From contig JAUYKM010000014.1 in NCBI GenBank assembly GCA_030699125.1, positions 1 to 55,736 of the forward strand: a stretch of DNA of 55,736 bases, in the 5' to 3' direction. The notes below the pieces were generated by a model. That model made no database searches. It saw nothing but the letters and a program-made list of their open reading frames with translations, and was not told the DNA's origin. This document shows, piece by piece, positions 19,362 to 29,827 of the stretch (positions within the stretch are counted from its first letter, which is position 1; every line of letters starts with the position of its first letter). The DNA is from Candidatus Daviesbacteria bacterium (GTDB lineage Bacteria; Patescibacteriota; Microgenomatia; Daviesbacterales; UBA10151). The translations under genes and the position numbers were made by a program.

Positions 19362-22300
19362 TTAAACATCTCTTATAATACCGGCATTATGGGTAGGATC
19401 CAATTTGCCGAGTATACCATTTGCCACAGTTTCACCCTCTTTTTTCGCCGTATCATACTCCCAGTAAGCTTCGTCAATAAATTTAATATACGCTGCTGAT
19501 GATTTATAGGCCTCAGAACCTCCCAGATATCTCCTGGGCACTCCAGCTGTAGGATCTTTCAGCCAAGCAAAATAATCTTTCCAAAATCTTCGAATCTCCT
19601 TCCAGGCAGTATTGGCACCTCTTGCTCCCCTTGCTTCCTCTAAAATATAAGCACTCCATACAGCCACAGCTTGCCAGCTACCAAATATACCTGATTCTAA
19701 AGATTTCAGAACTAACTCCTCCGCTTCTGCTTGAGCTAAGACTTTCTTACCGTCAACCCCCCTAACCTCAAAAGTCTTAATCATTGCTCTTAATCTATCT
19801 ATACTTCTGGTTGGTTTTTGGAAAATACCCCAATTTCTTTCCCCTTTTTCATCTATAACTCCTTCCGCTGCTGATCTCCCAGGTATAATCCCTTTTAGCA
19901 TATTAAACCAGGTATTTAGTATCCATGAATCATATGCACCTTTCCCTTTTCTTCTGGTTTGAATAAACTCCTTCATACTCCTTACTCCGACGTACTCCCG
20001 AATGCTGGGCAGCCAAAGAGGGATAGAAGGAACCAGATCTCCACCTCTGGAAATATTATGTCTTTGATCCACTAACCACCATGCTTGTGGATACAAGTTT
20101 CTTTGCAAAAGTAAATTAGTATAGGGTATCCAGCTTATATGAGAAGCGTCATTTTTAGCCCATTCTTTATGGGCATATTTCCAGACTAAATAATGCAGGC
20201 TTCTTGACAGTTCAATCTTATCTCTGACTTCGTTTAGATCTTGTTGCTGATTTGTTTCCTTGAGCTCTTTTTTGGGATCTATCACATCCAAAACATGCTT
20301 CAGCCAGGAATTTCCCCCCTCAATCCATCTTTTTAATGAATTAATAATAGTCCGGCCGCGCATGGAATTATAGGTGGCGATGTTGTTATTCTCCATATGG
20401 TCCACCCGAGGATCTTTGATGATATCCTCAAGGGATTTATTTTTCCATTTGGCTTTGAAGCCATCACGCCTGAGTATGGCTACTGCTTCCTGTACGCGTT
20501 GAAGTTCTATCCGGTTGAAACCTAAAGTAATATAACCCACAGCTTTCTCTCCTTCTGGAACTACTCCCAGACCATCGGTTGCCCTCTGATCAAGCTTCTT
20601 AAGGATGTCTCCTGATTCATCAATTGCATACAGTAGGGCATATTTTATAAAGAAAACCACCCAGTCTACCGGAATCTGATCTCCAAATTTTTCTATTCTC
20701 TTTCTTCCTTCAAGCTCAACTTCTCTTTCCGGACCATTTTCCATAATGAATCTGGGGGCAGATTTTTTGGCGCTTTCACCGGTAACATTAAAAAATTGGA
20801 TAGCTAAAGTTAGCGCGCTTTCTGCCTCTTCCCGGGCTTCAGCCCAGGCATCTTTGAATCTATATAATTCCCATTTGGCCCTATTAAGTCTTGCCAGAGC
20901 AGCTTTTTTGTCATCGTAACTTGTCGCTTCATTAAGGTTATTTTGGGCTTCTCTAACGTTTTCCTCTGCTTTTTTATAATCTCCTTCCCAATCGATATCT
21001 TCGAATAAGGTTGTAATTTCTTCATCCGACATTTCACTTTGCATTCTCAGAAGATACGCCTGTCTTTCTGGATAACTTGCTCCTCTTACCTGCAAATTAG
21101 TTAATCCTCTGACCATTGATTCTACCCGAAGACTTTTTAACAAACCCTGCCCGTCAATATTCTCAATCAGTTGACCTCTGTGACCAACAGGAGATAAAAT
21201 CAATTCATTCTCCCGTTCCTCAAGCTCTATGACGGCTTTTATTAATCTACCATCGTACAAAGTGGCGAGGTTTTCAATTCTTTCATCCCCTCCTATATAG
21301 AAATGGTTTTCTGCCATTCCCTGATAAAGCTGCGCCATAGCATTATCTGTGGCAAAATTCATGATTGGATAGTCAAATTCAACTTCCATATCCATAGAAA
21401 TTCTTCTTATTTGTTCATTGCTAAAAAACTTATCCCCCTGTTTAATAAGGGCTTGCAAAAGTAATGATTTTCTTCTTAAAAACTCTTGTGGATCAAACTT
21501 AGGTGAACCATAGTAGGAATCTTTGGTAAATTGTCTGGCTGAAGCAATAAATCTATCCTCTGTTGAATCATCCAATATAACTTCCAATCCCATTCTATAT
21601 TCATATGAACTTGTCCTCTTTTCTACTAATTGCAGCCTTCGCTCTTCGTTATTAATATTCCATTCACCATCCATTCTATGATCTGTTAGAGGAATTTCAT
21701 TTCCTTCAACCATTCTGTTTCTTTTAGCAATCATCTGATCGGTAGCTCTCTCCGCATACAATCCTCTAATCCCCCTAAACTGTGCTACATCATCAGCAGA
21801 TAATTCTTCTCTTAATTGTACTTCTCTCCAGTCTGAGTCATCTTCTATCGTGGATCCATATCTTGCTTTCTCCTGGCGGAGCATCTCTCGCATACCTTCA
21901 TTTGTTAATACCTTTCGGTATTTTTCAAATTTTTGATTTATATCTGTTCTAATATCTCTGGTTATACCTTTTTTACTTGCTTTAACAAACAACAGTCTTA
22001 ATAGTCTATCGTGCTCTACTGGATCCCCTATTCTTTCTAATGCACTTACAGTCCACTTTAACTGCCCCGAGTCATCTTTTTCATTTAAAACAGCTAATTC
22101 TTCAACCGTCGGTTCTAGATCTTCCTCAAGCTCTTCCCTTGGTACGGTTACATAATGCCAGCCTGTCTCAATACTTCCCTTGGTTGCTTTATATCTTTCT
22201 GTTTCCCTTTTCCAGGTTAGTTCCGCGCGCAAATCAAGCAGTTGACGTCTATCTGCTGTATTGATTCCTGTCTGGCTGGCAATTTGATTGGCTAATTCCT

Positions 22301-23060
22301 TTTGCCGATTCTCAATGATTTCGAACTGTCTTTTTGCATCATCAGCCTCTTCTTGGGCTTTTTGTTTGCTCTCCTCGGATAATCTCAGCTGTTCTACCAA
22401 CTGCCCTTCTTTATCCAGTTCCAACCGGGTTTCATATAGAGCACCTTTTAATTTGAGTGTTCTCATTTGATTAGTGAGGTCATCAAATACTTCGAAAGCG
22501 GGCTGAAGATTAGGATATTGATCCCTAAATTGGTGTAATTGATGCTCTATAGTTACCAACTGAGTTTCAATATTGGTAAGTTCACCCGAGCCTAAATAAC
22601 CCAATCCTTCTGCTACGGTACCATCGGCATATTCTTCGATATAGCCATAAAGTTTGTCCAATCTTTGTTCATTTTCAGGTTTTGCTCGTTCTTCAAAAGA
22701 CAACCCGTTAAGTCGGGCTATCTCATCTCCCAGCTCCATAGGAGGAGGTAGTGGCTCAAATTCTGGCTTCTTTTCTTGCTCTACTCCTCCTAATTGACTT
22801 CTTACTTCAATTGGTCTTTCCTGGGAGGCAATTTCTTGTTCCATTTTGCGGTAGGCCTCAACTGAAGGGGAAATACCTGAATCTGTGGGTTTAACTAATT
22901 CTATTGACTTTTCTTTAGGACCACCCACTTGCGGGGAAATAACTACATTTGGTTCATTCAGCTCATCAGCCGGAGGTTGAACCAAAGATTGACCTTCTCC
23001 TGGTGGCGGAGCTAAACCACCTGTATCTGGACTAATTTCTGCCATAAATCTTTCTTTCAT
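19362..23060 (-). CDS. Large hypothetical helical protein
   Basis: 1232-aa ORF, P/E-rich N-terminus, coiled coils, no motif recognised. Confidence 0.75.
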   Translation of the reverse strand: MKERFMAEISPDTGGLAPPPGEGQSLVQPPADELNEPNVVISPQVGGPKEKSIELVKPTDSGISPSVEAYRKMEQEIASQERPIEVRSQLGGVEQEKKPEFEPLPPPMELGDEIARLNGLSFEERAKPENEQRLDKLYGYIEEYADGTVAEGLGYLGSGELTNIETQLVTIEHQLHQFRDQYPNLQPAFEVFDDLTNQMRTLKLKGALYETRLELDKEGQLVEQLRLSEESKQKAQEEADDAKRQFEIIENRQKELANQIASQTGINTADRRQLLDLRAELTWKRETERYKATKGSIETGWHYVTVPREELEEDLEPTVEELAVLNEKDDSGQLKWTVSALERIGDPVEHDRLLRLLFVKASKKGITRDIRTDINQKFEKYRKVLTNEGMREMLRQEKARYGSTIEDDSDWREVQLREELSADDVAQFRGIRGLYAERATDQMIAKRNRMVEGNEIPLTDHRMDGEWNINNEERRLQLVEKRTSSYEYRMGLEVILDDSTEDRFIASARQFTKDSYYGSPKFDPQEFLRRKSLLLQALIKQGDKFFSNEQIRRISMDMEVEFDYPIMNFATDNAMAQLYQGMAENHFYIGGDERIENLATLYDGRLIKAVIELEERENELILSPVGHRGQLIENIDGQGLLKSLRVESMVRGLTNLQVRGASYPERQAYLLRMQSEMSDEEITTLFEDIDWEGDYKKAEENVREAQNNLNEATSYDDKKAALARLNRAKWELYRFKDAWAEAREEAESALTLAIQFFNVTGESAKKSAPRFIMENGPEREVELEGRKRIEKFGDQIPVDWVVFFIKYALLYAIDESGDILKKLDQRATDGLGVVPEGEKAVGYITLGFNRIELQRVQEAVAILRRDGFKAKWKNKSLEDIIKDPRVDHMENNNIATYNSMRGRTIINSLKRWIEGGNSWLKHVLDVIDPKKELKETNQQQDLNEVRDKIELSRSLHYLVWKYAHKEWAKNDASHISWIPYTNLLLQRNLYPQAWWLVDQRHNISRGGDLVPSIPLWLPSIREYVGVRSMKEFIQTRRKGKGAYDSWILNTWFNMLKGIIPGRSAAEGVIDEKGERNWGIFQKPTRSIDRLRAMIKTFEVRGVDGKKVLAQAEAEELVLKSLESGIFGSWQAVAVWSAYILEEARGARGANTAWKEIRRFWKDYFAWLKDPTAGVPRRYLGGSEAYKSSAAYIKFIDEAYWEYDTAKKEGETVANGILGKLDPTHNAGIIRDV

Positions 23061-23169
23061 ATTCCAGTGTAAAACCTTTGGTTAAGTTTAGTCAACCTGA
23101 CTCCTTTTTGCTTGATTAAATCCTTACAAAATACTGACGAATTGGTTCAGAGTAGTATAATCCTTTCCA

Positions 23170-24177
23170 ATGAAGTTTTCTAATGTAGTTTTGGGCGGGA
23201 CTTTTGATCTATTACACAATGGCCACCAGTTGATGCTTAATAAGGCTTTCCAATCCGGCCGCCTTGCCTTCATTGGTTTAACTACTGATCAGTTTAATGA
23301 ATCCCGCGGCAAAGAGAGCTTTCAGAATCAAAATACCAGGCTTCACAATCTAAAGGCATTTTTGAAACAAAAAAACTACCTTAAAAGATCCGCAATTACT
23401 TTGGTAAATGATATTTTCGGCACCACTTTGGAAGATCCCAAACTTGAGGCCATTGTTGTCACTCAGGAAAATATGCACATTGTGAAGCTGATTAATCAAA
23501 AAAGAATTGCAGCTAGACTAAAACCCTTGCAAACCATTCTTGTGCCTCACCTCAAAGATGAGGAAGGAAGAATTATCTCCTCCACCAGAATTAGAGAAGG
23601 CCAAATTGATTCCTTAGGCAGAAGCTACAAAAAACTGCTTCTTAAGATTGCCGGCAAGAAGCTGAATAATCACATCAGAGAAAAACTTAAAAAACCTTTG
23701 GGCAAACTGCTTACTACTAAAACCATACCTGTCATCCCTGCGCAGGCAGGGATCCATTTAATTACAGTTGGTGATGTAACTACCTTAAATCTACTTAAAA
23801 GAAGAATCCGGCCGAACTTATCCATTGTTGATCAAAGAATACAGCGTAGATTGATGGTTAATTGGATTCCCGCATTCGCGGGAATGACGAAAGGAAATAT
23901 CAAAATTAAAAATCCCCCCGGCCAAATCTCCAGATCTCTTATCTTGGCAATTGACCAGGCCTTTAAAAAAATCCTAGTTCCTAATTCCTCCAGCCTAGTT
24001 CTCTTCATAGATGGTGAAGAAGACTTAGCCACCATTCCAGCTATTCTACTCTCTCCTTTAGGCACCAGAGTCTGTTACGGCCAGCCTAACAAGGGCTTAG
24101 TTGAGGTGAAAGTGGATCTGGAAATTAAGGATTACTTATATAAGCTTCTAATTTGGCGACAGGTTTCCCCCACTTAG
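23170..24177 (+). CDS. coaD: Fusion of archaeal-type phosphopantetheine adenylyltransferase and DUF359 (GTP-dependent dephospho-CoA kinase-like)
   Basis: GGTFDLLHNGH, GLTTD, ISSTRIR; then TVGDVTT, NPPGQIS, DGEEDLA, YGQP. Confidence 0.8.
   Translation: MKFSNVVLGGTFDLLHNGHQLMLNKAFQSGRLAFIGLTTDQFNESRGKESFQNQNTRLHNLKAFLKQKNYLKRSAITLVNDIFGTTLEDPKLEAIVVTQENMHIVKLINQKRIAARLKPLQTILVPHLKDEEGRIISSTRIREGQIDSLGRSYKKLLLKIAGKKLNNHIREKLKKPLGKLLTTKTIPVIPAQAGIHLITVGDVTTLNLLKRRIRPNLSIVDQRIQRRLMVNWIPAFAGMTKGNIKIKNPPGQISRSLILAIDQAFKKILVPNSSSLVLFIDGEEDLATIPAILLSPLGTRVCYGQPNKGLVEVKVDLEIKDYLYKLLIWRQVSPT
23731..23888. repeat. Two family A palindromes in frame within coaD-DUF359 (23731-23756 and 23863-23888)
   Basis: GTCATCCCTGCGCAGGCAGGGATCCA (VIPAQAGIH) and TGGATTCCCGCATTCGCGGGAATGAC (WIPAFAGMT). 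Confidence 0.8.
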
Positions 24178-24265
24178 TTATGATTATCTCTTTTCCTTTT
24201 AAAACTTTCTCTATTAATTCATAAAAGTGCATTTTTGCTTGAGTGAGACTTACTATTATTTGCAT
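24125..24265 (-). CDS. Phd/YefM-family antitoxin-like protein (46 aa, orphan)
   Basis: MQIIVSLTQAKMHFYELIEKVLKGKEIIITKWGKPVAKLEAYISNP*; TTGACA on minus strand at 24300-24295. Confidence 0.75.
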   Translation of the reverse strand: MQIIVSLTQAKMHFYELIEKVLKGKEIIITKWGKPVAKLEAYISNP

Positions 24266-24334
24266 AGCTCCATATTGGATAACTTAGCTAACTTTGTCAA
24301 TAATTTTTTTAGTATGAGTTCAGTTCTTCCCAGT

Positions 24335-24408
24335 GTCATTCCCACGTAGGCGGGAATCCAATCCCGACCGAGAGTTGTTAATTAGATCCCTGCATTCGCA
24401 GGGATGAC
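24335..24408. repeat. Family A palindromic element (intergenic pair)
   Basis: GTCATTCCCACGTAGGCGGGAATCCA ... TAGATCCCTGCATTCGCAGGGATGAC. Confidence 0.8.
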
Positions 24409-24559
24409 AATCGCTGGGCAATACCGACTAGTTACTTTTTTAAAATTCTTTAGGTGATAAGTCTTGGTGATTAGGGGACCGTTAACTACCACAAGCCTGC
24501 ACGGACCAACACAGGAGGCTCATCAGAAAAATTGTATCATAAAATCAACTAACCACATT

Positions 24560-25906
24560 TTAAATCAAGGCGCCACCGCACTTATAACATTTTTTAGTGC
24601 AGGTATTGGCTTCTCCACATATTATACATTTACCACCCTCCTTACTAAAAATACTACTTAACACAGAAACTGAAGAGACTACTTGATCAGAAAAACCCCC
24701 GATTGAAAAACTTGAAGAATTAGCGCCTCCCCAACTGCCGCAGCCATCCCCGTTAGAGCCTGTATAGCGGGCCAAAATCGCCTGATCCACTGGATTGATA
24801 TATTTACTACTACTATCAATACTTAGTGGAATTGTGGCGGCCAATAAACTATTATCCAACTTTCTGTCGGATAATTTCTCCAGCTTAATTTTTAATAATA
24901 ATTCTTTGGTTTGATCAATAAATTTTTGTCTTATTTCTGATTGTATTTTTGCAACAGGAGTCCTGTTTGTTAATTCAGCTACCAGCCAATCTGCCACCGG
25001 TATTGCCACCTCTTCTCTGATCCTGTCCTGAAGCCTTGTGTCTTGCAAAGCAATTATTGTCTCAACTGGCAAACCAAATACCTCATTCTTACCAGTTGCT
25101 TTTTCCTGAATTTCACCCAATCTTCTCCAGACAGCCTCAATTCCAAAATCGTCTTTTGTCCTAACCACAGTTGATTTAACCTTATCAACCATCGGATGAT
25201 CCAAAAAGAGAGGATTTTGGTAAACTTCACCTTCTAAACTCTCCCAGAAAAGCTGATAAGCTTCAGCATATAAGTCGTTTTTAAAATCATGAACTTCCAG
25301 GGCCCGAGCTCCGTCAATAGTGGTAACTCTTCCATCATATAAAAATCCATACGACCCATTATATTTAACTACCGTTTCACCTTCCCAGCCTTCGGCTCTT
25401 GAACTGAACCAATATAAATGTTCACCTTCTTTAAGAGTATCTTCAGCATCAAGAAATAATGTTCTTACCCCGGTCATAGAAACTTTATCCATTCCTCTTC
25501 TCCAATCAGAGATGGTTTCTAGAATATCTCTCTTAAAATCCTTCCATCTATGTTCGGGAGCAACCATCAAGTACTCCTCTGTATCAGGATCTTTTTCATG
25601 AAAATAATAATGCCTGGGCGGAGTTAGCTGCATGCGGATCCTGTCTTCAACATCAAAGATATACTCTCCCCTGCTATCCTTTTCACCGGATAGTTTTTCG
25701 GTGACTACTCCAACCGAATCATTGATCGCTGCAAATCTCATTATTTCATGAGCCTCCTGAGACGAAAGTCCCAACCCCAGCACGCGATTATAAAGATCTA
25801 CGTACAAAGAAACATTAAATACCTGATAATCATCGAGCGATGGGGCGGTATCTTTTATCTGGCTTTTTCTGTTTAAATCAGAGTTTCTTGTCTCAACTGT
25901 TATCAT
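24560..25906 (-). CDS. Hypothetical protein with C-terminal Cys-rich (zinc ribbon-like) tail
   Basis: 448 aa; CIICGEANTCTKKCYKCG. Confidence 0.7.
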   Translation of the reverse strand: MITVETRNSDLNRKSQIKDTAPSLDDYQVFNVSLYVDLYNRVLGLGLSSQEAHEIMRFAAINDSVGVVTEKLSGEKDSRGEYIFDVEDRIRMQLTPPRHYYFHEKDPDTEEYLMVAPEHRWKDFKRDILETISDWRRGMDKVSMTGVRTLFLDAEDTLKEGEHLYWFSSRAEGWEGETVVKYNGSYGFLYDGRVTTIDGARALEVHDFKNDLYAEAYQLFWESLEGEVYQNPLFLDHPMVDKVKSTVVRTKDDFGIEAVWRRLGEIQEKATGKNEVFGLPVETIIALQDTRLQDRIREEVAIPVADWLVAELTNRTPVAKIQSEIRQKFIDQTKELLLKIKLEKLSDRKLDNSLLAATIPLSIDSSSKYINPVDQAILARYTGSNGDGCGSWGGANSSSFSIGGFSDQVVSSVSVLSSIFSKEGGKCIICGEANTCTKKCYKCGGALI

Positions 25907-25918
25907 ATTTTATCCATT

Positions 25919-25940
25919 AAAAAACCCTCTCTTCGAGGGC
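25919..25940 (-). terminator. Intrinsic terminator-like hairpin just upstream of the ATG at 25906
   Basis: GCCCTC-GAAGA-GAGGGT-TTTTT on minus strand. Confidence 0.55.
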
Positions 25941-26223
25941 TTAAAATTTCACTCTTTGCTCGAAGAAATTGTAAGGAACCCAGGCAGCCCGACTGTAACG
26001 GTTACGGCATAGTGATAGAGTTACGCTATCTTCCCCTGGAATAACTGGTCTGATCCAATCTGTTCCTGTTATTTAATTGTTAAACTTTAAAGTAAAGCAT
26101 TTGGTTTAAAAAAACAAGGTCCCAGATATTGTATAGTGGCTATATGCCCTATTCACTACATAATATGACCTAGTTTGTACCTCTAGACTGATCTTTTTTC
26201 ACGCAGTAGCATAACTTATAGTC

Positions 26224-27288
26224 ATGGAAGCACATCCTATTCCTCAAAATGTTACTACTTTCCAGTTTCATCTAGTGGGAGATATGACCCTAAAACAATT
26301 TCTGTATCTGGCCGCGGGATCCGGCATTGCTTATTTGTTATTTGTTTTCGTGGCTGCTGACTATCCTCTGATTGCCTGGCCCACAATTGTAATATCCACT
26401 CTTTTGGGGATTGCCTTTGCCTTTTTACCCATTAATTCTCGCCCTCTAGATCATTGGCTGGGCGCCTTTTTAAACGCCATTTATTCACCCACCAAAAGAT
26501 TATGGAAAAAGAATGGTAAATCTTATAAAGATACTCCTGCCTTTAGTAGTCGCTTAACAACTTACTTATCAACCTTAGGGCCAACTCAACCGATCCCTTC
26601 TTTGCAAACCCCAATTAGCCCATTTTTCCCATCAGTCAGTCAGTTTCAGAAACCAATCTTTAAAAAAGCTCCTGCCCCAGAAGAACTGCCCTCCTCTGAT
26701 GAGCTTAAAAAAACTGTGGAGCTTGCTAAACAAGCGCAAGTTTTAAAGCAAAAGATTGTTCAAACAGAGCGAAATCTAGTTCAAATCAGAACTGCTGCCA
26801 CCCAACCCCACCAAACCCCGGAGAATTATTCCTGGCAGGTCAATAAAATTTTATCTGATTTAAAAGAGCTTGTGGAACAAGCCTCTGAGGTCAAACAAAA
26901 GCTGGAATCAGTAGGGGCTGAGCAGCCGAAAGTCTCCCTGCCATCTACCCAGACTCCCAAGGTAATTAAGGTTAAACTACCCCCCAGACCAAAACAACAA
27001 ATGGCTTTAACCACCTTTCCCAATGTTATCAATGGAGTAATCCAAGATGCCAGTAGAAACTACCTCCAGGGAGTAGTGGCAGTAATCTATGATAAAGAAG
27101 GTTTACCGGTCAGAGCCTTAAAAACCAATAAACTGGGCCAATTTTCAGGTTCCACTCCTTTATCTAACGGCGTCTACACTCTTGAACTGGAAAAAGAGGC
27201 ATTCGGTTTTGATGTTTTACAAATAGAGCTTACCGGACAAGTCTTACCTCCTTTAATTATCACTGCTAAGGAGGCAATAAGAAGTTAA
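26224..27288 (+). CDS. PrgI family protein with C-terminal beta-sandwich domain
   Basis: HPIPQNVTTFQFHLVGDMTLKQF, two TM helices, RPLDHW; precedes VirB4. Confidence 0.8.
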   Translation: MEAHPIPQNVTTFQFHLVGDMTLKQFLYLAAGSGIAYLLFVFVAADYPLIAWPTIVISTLLGIAFAFLPINSRPLDHWLGAFLNAIYSPTKRLWKKNGKSYKDTPAFSSRLTTYLSTLGPTQPIPSLQTPISPFFPSVSQFQKPIFKKAPAPEELPSSDELKKTVELAKQAQVLKQKIVQTERNLVQIRTAATQPHQTPENYSWQVNKILSDLKELVEQASEVKQKLESVGAEQPKVSLPSTQTPKVIKVKLPPRPKQQMALTTFPNVINGVIQDASRNYLQGVVAVIYDKEGLPVRALKTNKLGQFSGSTPLSNGVYTLELEKEAFGFDVLQIELTGQVLPPLIITAKEAIRS

Positions 27289-27289
27289 C

Positions 27290-28060
27290 ATGGCTTTAAC
27301 ACAAGAACATCTACCTGTTGCTGATATTAAAGAAGATATCCTGCTGCTCAAATCTGGGGGAGGTGCCATGATTTTACAGGTATCGGCAGTTAATTTTGGT
27401 CTGCTTTCACAAAAGGAACAGATGGCAATTATTGGAAGCTTTGCCCAAATGCTTAATTCTTTATCTTTTAGCATTCAGATTGTCATTCACTCGGAAAGAT
27501 TAAACATTTCATCCTATCTGGACCTTCTTGATCAGGCCAAAACAAGTCAAGTCAACCCTTTACTGGCTAATTTGATGGCTTCATATAGACAATTTATCCA
27601 AACTACCATTAAAGAAAACGAGGTTCTGGATAAAAAATTTTACATTGTCATTCCACTTTTTGCTCTGGAAGTTGGCCTCACTGCAAATATAGAAGCTTTG
27701 TGGCAAAAAGTTAAAACAACCCTGATCCCCAGGCGGGATCAAGTAGTCAGGCAATTGTCAAGAATCGGCTTAAAGGCCAACCAGCTAACCAATATAGAGC
27801 TAATAAAGCTCTTTTATCGCATCTACAACAATACCCAGTTACAAGAGCAGCTACAATATCAACCCCAGTTAACTGACATCAGATTAAAAAATCCCTCAAC
27901 CAATATCCAAAAACCAACTATTTCATCAACTGCCACCTTTAAACCAGCTGTTCAATCTCCTGCTGTGCCTTCTCCAGTCTATAACCCACCCATAGTTGAT
28001 CGCACCCGCCAAGTGAGAACCCATCCGTTTGTAGTGGAGGAATTATCAGATAACATATGA
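27290..28060 (+). CDS. VirB4-associated hypothetical protein (TraC/TraE N-terminus-like)
   Basis: VSAVNFGLLSQKEQ...FAQMLNSL; lies between PrgI and VirB4. Confidence 0.65.
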   Translation: MALTQEHLPVADIKEDILLLKSGGGAMILQVSAVNFGLLSQKEQMAIIGSFAQMLNSLSFSIQIVIHSERLNISSYLDLLDQAKTSQVNPLLANLMASYRQFIQTTIKENEVLDKKFYIVIPLFALEVGLTANIEALWQKVKTTLIPRRDQVVRQLSRIGLKANQLTNIELIKLFYRIYNNTQLQEQLQYQPQLTDIRLKNPSTNIQKPTISSTATFKPAVQSPAVPSPVYNPPIVDRTRQVRTHPFVVEELSDNI

Positions 28061-29826
28061 ACCTGCCTTTTTTAAATAAAGCCAAATCTCAAGTGGCTCA
28101 AACACCACAGTTTAGTTTAGATGATGTGCTTGCTCCGGCAGAAATTGAGGCGGATTTCAAATATTTAAGGATTGATCAGAGATTTTTTAGAACCTACTTT
28201 GTATCATCCTACCCCCGATACGTGGAACCCAATTGGCTGGAGCCGCTCATCTCTTTTGACCACTCTCTTTTTATTTCCATGTTTATCTACCCTACCCAAT
28301 CACGCGGCGTTTTAGATGAGTTAAAAAGAAAAATTGCTGAGATGGAAGCCACCATTCAAACTGATATCCAAAGAAGTAAAGCCATTGACCCAGCAGTGGA
28401 GGTAGCCTTGGAAGATGCCCGGCTCCTGCAAGATCAACTGGTCAGAGGAACTGAGAGATTTTTTGATTTCTCATTATACGTCACTGTGCCTGCTGTGGAT
28501 TTGTCAGATCTTAATAACACCTCCAAACTGGTGGAATCCACCTTAGCTTCTTTATCAATCAACGCCCTATCTACCACTTTACAGATGGAGGATGGTTTTG
28601 TTACCTCCCTACCTTTAGGGTTGGACCGCCTAAATCTTAGGCATAATATGGATACTACTTCCCTGGCCACCACCTTTCCTTTTGCCTCATCAGAATTAAC
28701 AGCTAATGAGGGCATCATGTATGGTATTAATGAGCATAATGATTCCTTAATCCTTTTTGATCGGTTTTCCTTGGAAAATTCCAACTCGGTAGTTTTTGCG
28801 AAAAGCGGTGCTGGTAAAAGTTACTTGGTAAAACTGGAAGCGTTGCGCTCTTTGATGTTTGGCACGGAGATTCTGGTCATTGACCCTGAGCAAGAGTATT
28901 TATCCTTATGCCGGGCAGTAGGAGGAGAATATATTAATTTTTCTGCTTCCTCCCCGGTGAAAATTAATCCTTTCGATCTTTCCAAGGAGGGGGATCAATC
29001 TGAAAATGAATTATCCAGAAAAATATTGTTTTTAACTTCATTCTTAAAGCTAGTCTTGGGAAATCTGACATCTTTGGAAATGGCCATCTTAGATCGGGCT
29101 CTCAATAGAACCTACCAGTTAAAAGGAATCACAAATGATCCTAAAACCCAGATTAATCCACCAGCAGGACCTCCTGTAATGGAGGATCTTTACAAAGTTC
29201 TGGTTGGAATGAGAGAAAGGGGAGCTCTGGAGTTGGCGGCCAGACTGGAAAGGTTTGTCAAAGGCTCTTTGTCCGGTATTTTCTCTGCCCAATCCAATAT
29301 TGGTTTATCTAACTCTTTTACTGTTTTTTCTGTAAGGGATTTGCCTGATACCTTAAGGCCTTTGGCCATTCAAATGATTCTGGAATTTATCTGGACCAAA
29401 ATAAGAAGTAAGCTAAAAAGAAGAATCCTCATAGTGGACGAGGCCTGGTATTTGATGCGCAATAGCGATTCAGCAGATTTTTTGGTGGATTTGGCTAAAC
29501 GGGCCAGAAAATATTGGCTGGGACTGACTACCATTACTCAGGATGTGGAGGATTTCTTATCTACTGATAGAGGCAAGGAGATTATCTCCAATTCCTCTAT
29601 TCAGGTGCTTTTAAAACAAGCTCCCGCCTCCATGGAGCTTTTGAGTAGAACCTTTAATTTATCGGAAGGTGAGCAAAGATTATTACTTTCTGAAGGCATT
29701 GGTCAAGGATTATTTTTCGCCGGGAACACCCATGTGGCCATGAGAGTGGTAGCCTCCTCTGGAGAACATCAGTTGATTACGTCCAATCCGGCAGAGTTGG
29801 CTGCAAGAGGCCAGATAGGAGGTTAA
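28057..29826 (+). CDS. virB4: VirB4-like ATPase
   Basis: Walker A AKSGAGKS, IDPEQEY, Walker B LIVDEAW, RARKY. Confidence 0.88.
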   Translation: MNLPFLNKAKSQVAQTPQFSLDDVLAPAEIEADFKYLRIDQRFFRTYFVSSYPRYVEPNWLEPLISFDHSLFISMFIYPTQSRGVLDELKRKIAEMEATIQTDIQRSKAIDPAVEVALEDARLLQDQLVRGTERFFDFSLYVTVPAVDLSDLNNTSKLVESTLASLSINALSTTLQMEDGFVTSLPLGLDRLNLRHNMDTTSLATTFPFASSELTANEGIMYGINEHNDSLILFDRFSLENSNSVVFAKSGAGKSYLVKLEALRSLMFGTEILVIDPEQEYLSLCRAVGGEYINFSASSPVKINPFDLSKEGDQSENELSRKILFLTSFLKLVLGNLTSLEMAILDRALNRTYQLKGITNDPKTQINPPAGPPVMEDLYKVLVGMRERGALELAARLERFVKGSLSGIFSAQSNIGLSNSFTVFSVRDLPDTLRPLAIQMILEFIWTKIRSKLKRRILIVDEAWYLMRNSDSADFLVDLAKRARKYWLGLTTITQDVEDFLSTDRGKEIISNSSIQVLLKQAPASMELLSRTFNLSEGEQRLLLSEGIGQGLFFAGNTHVAMRVVASSGEHQLITSNPAELAARGQIGG

Positions 29827-29827
29827 A

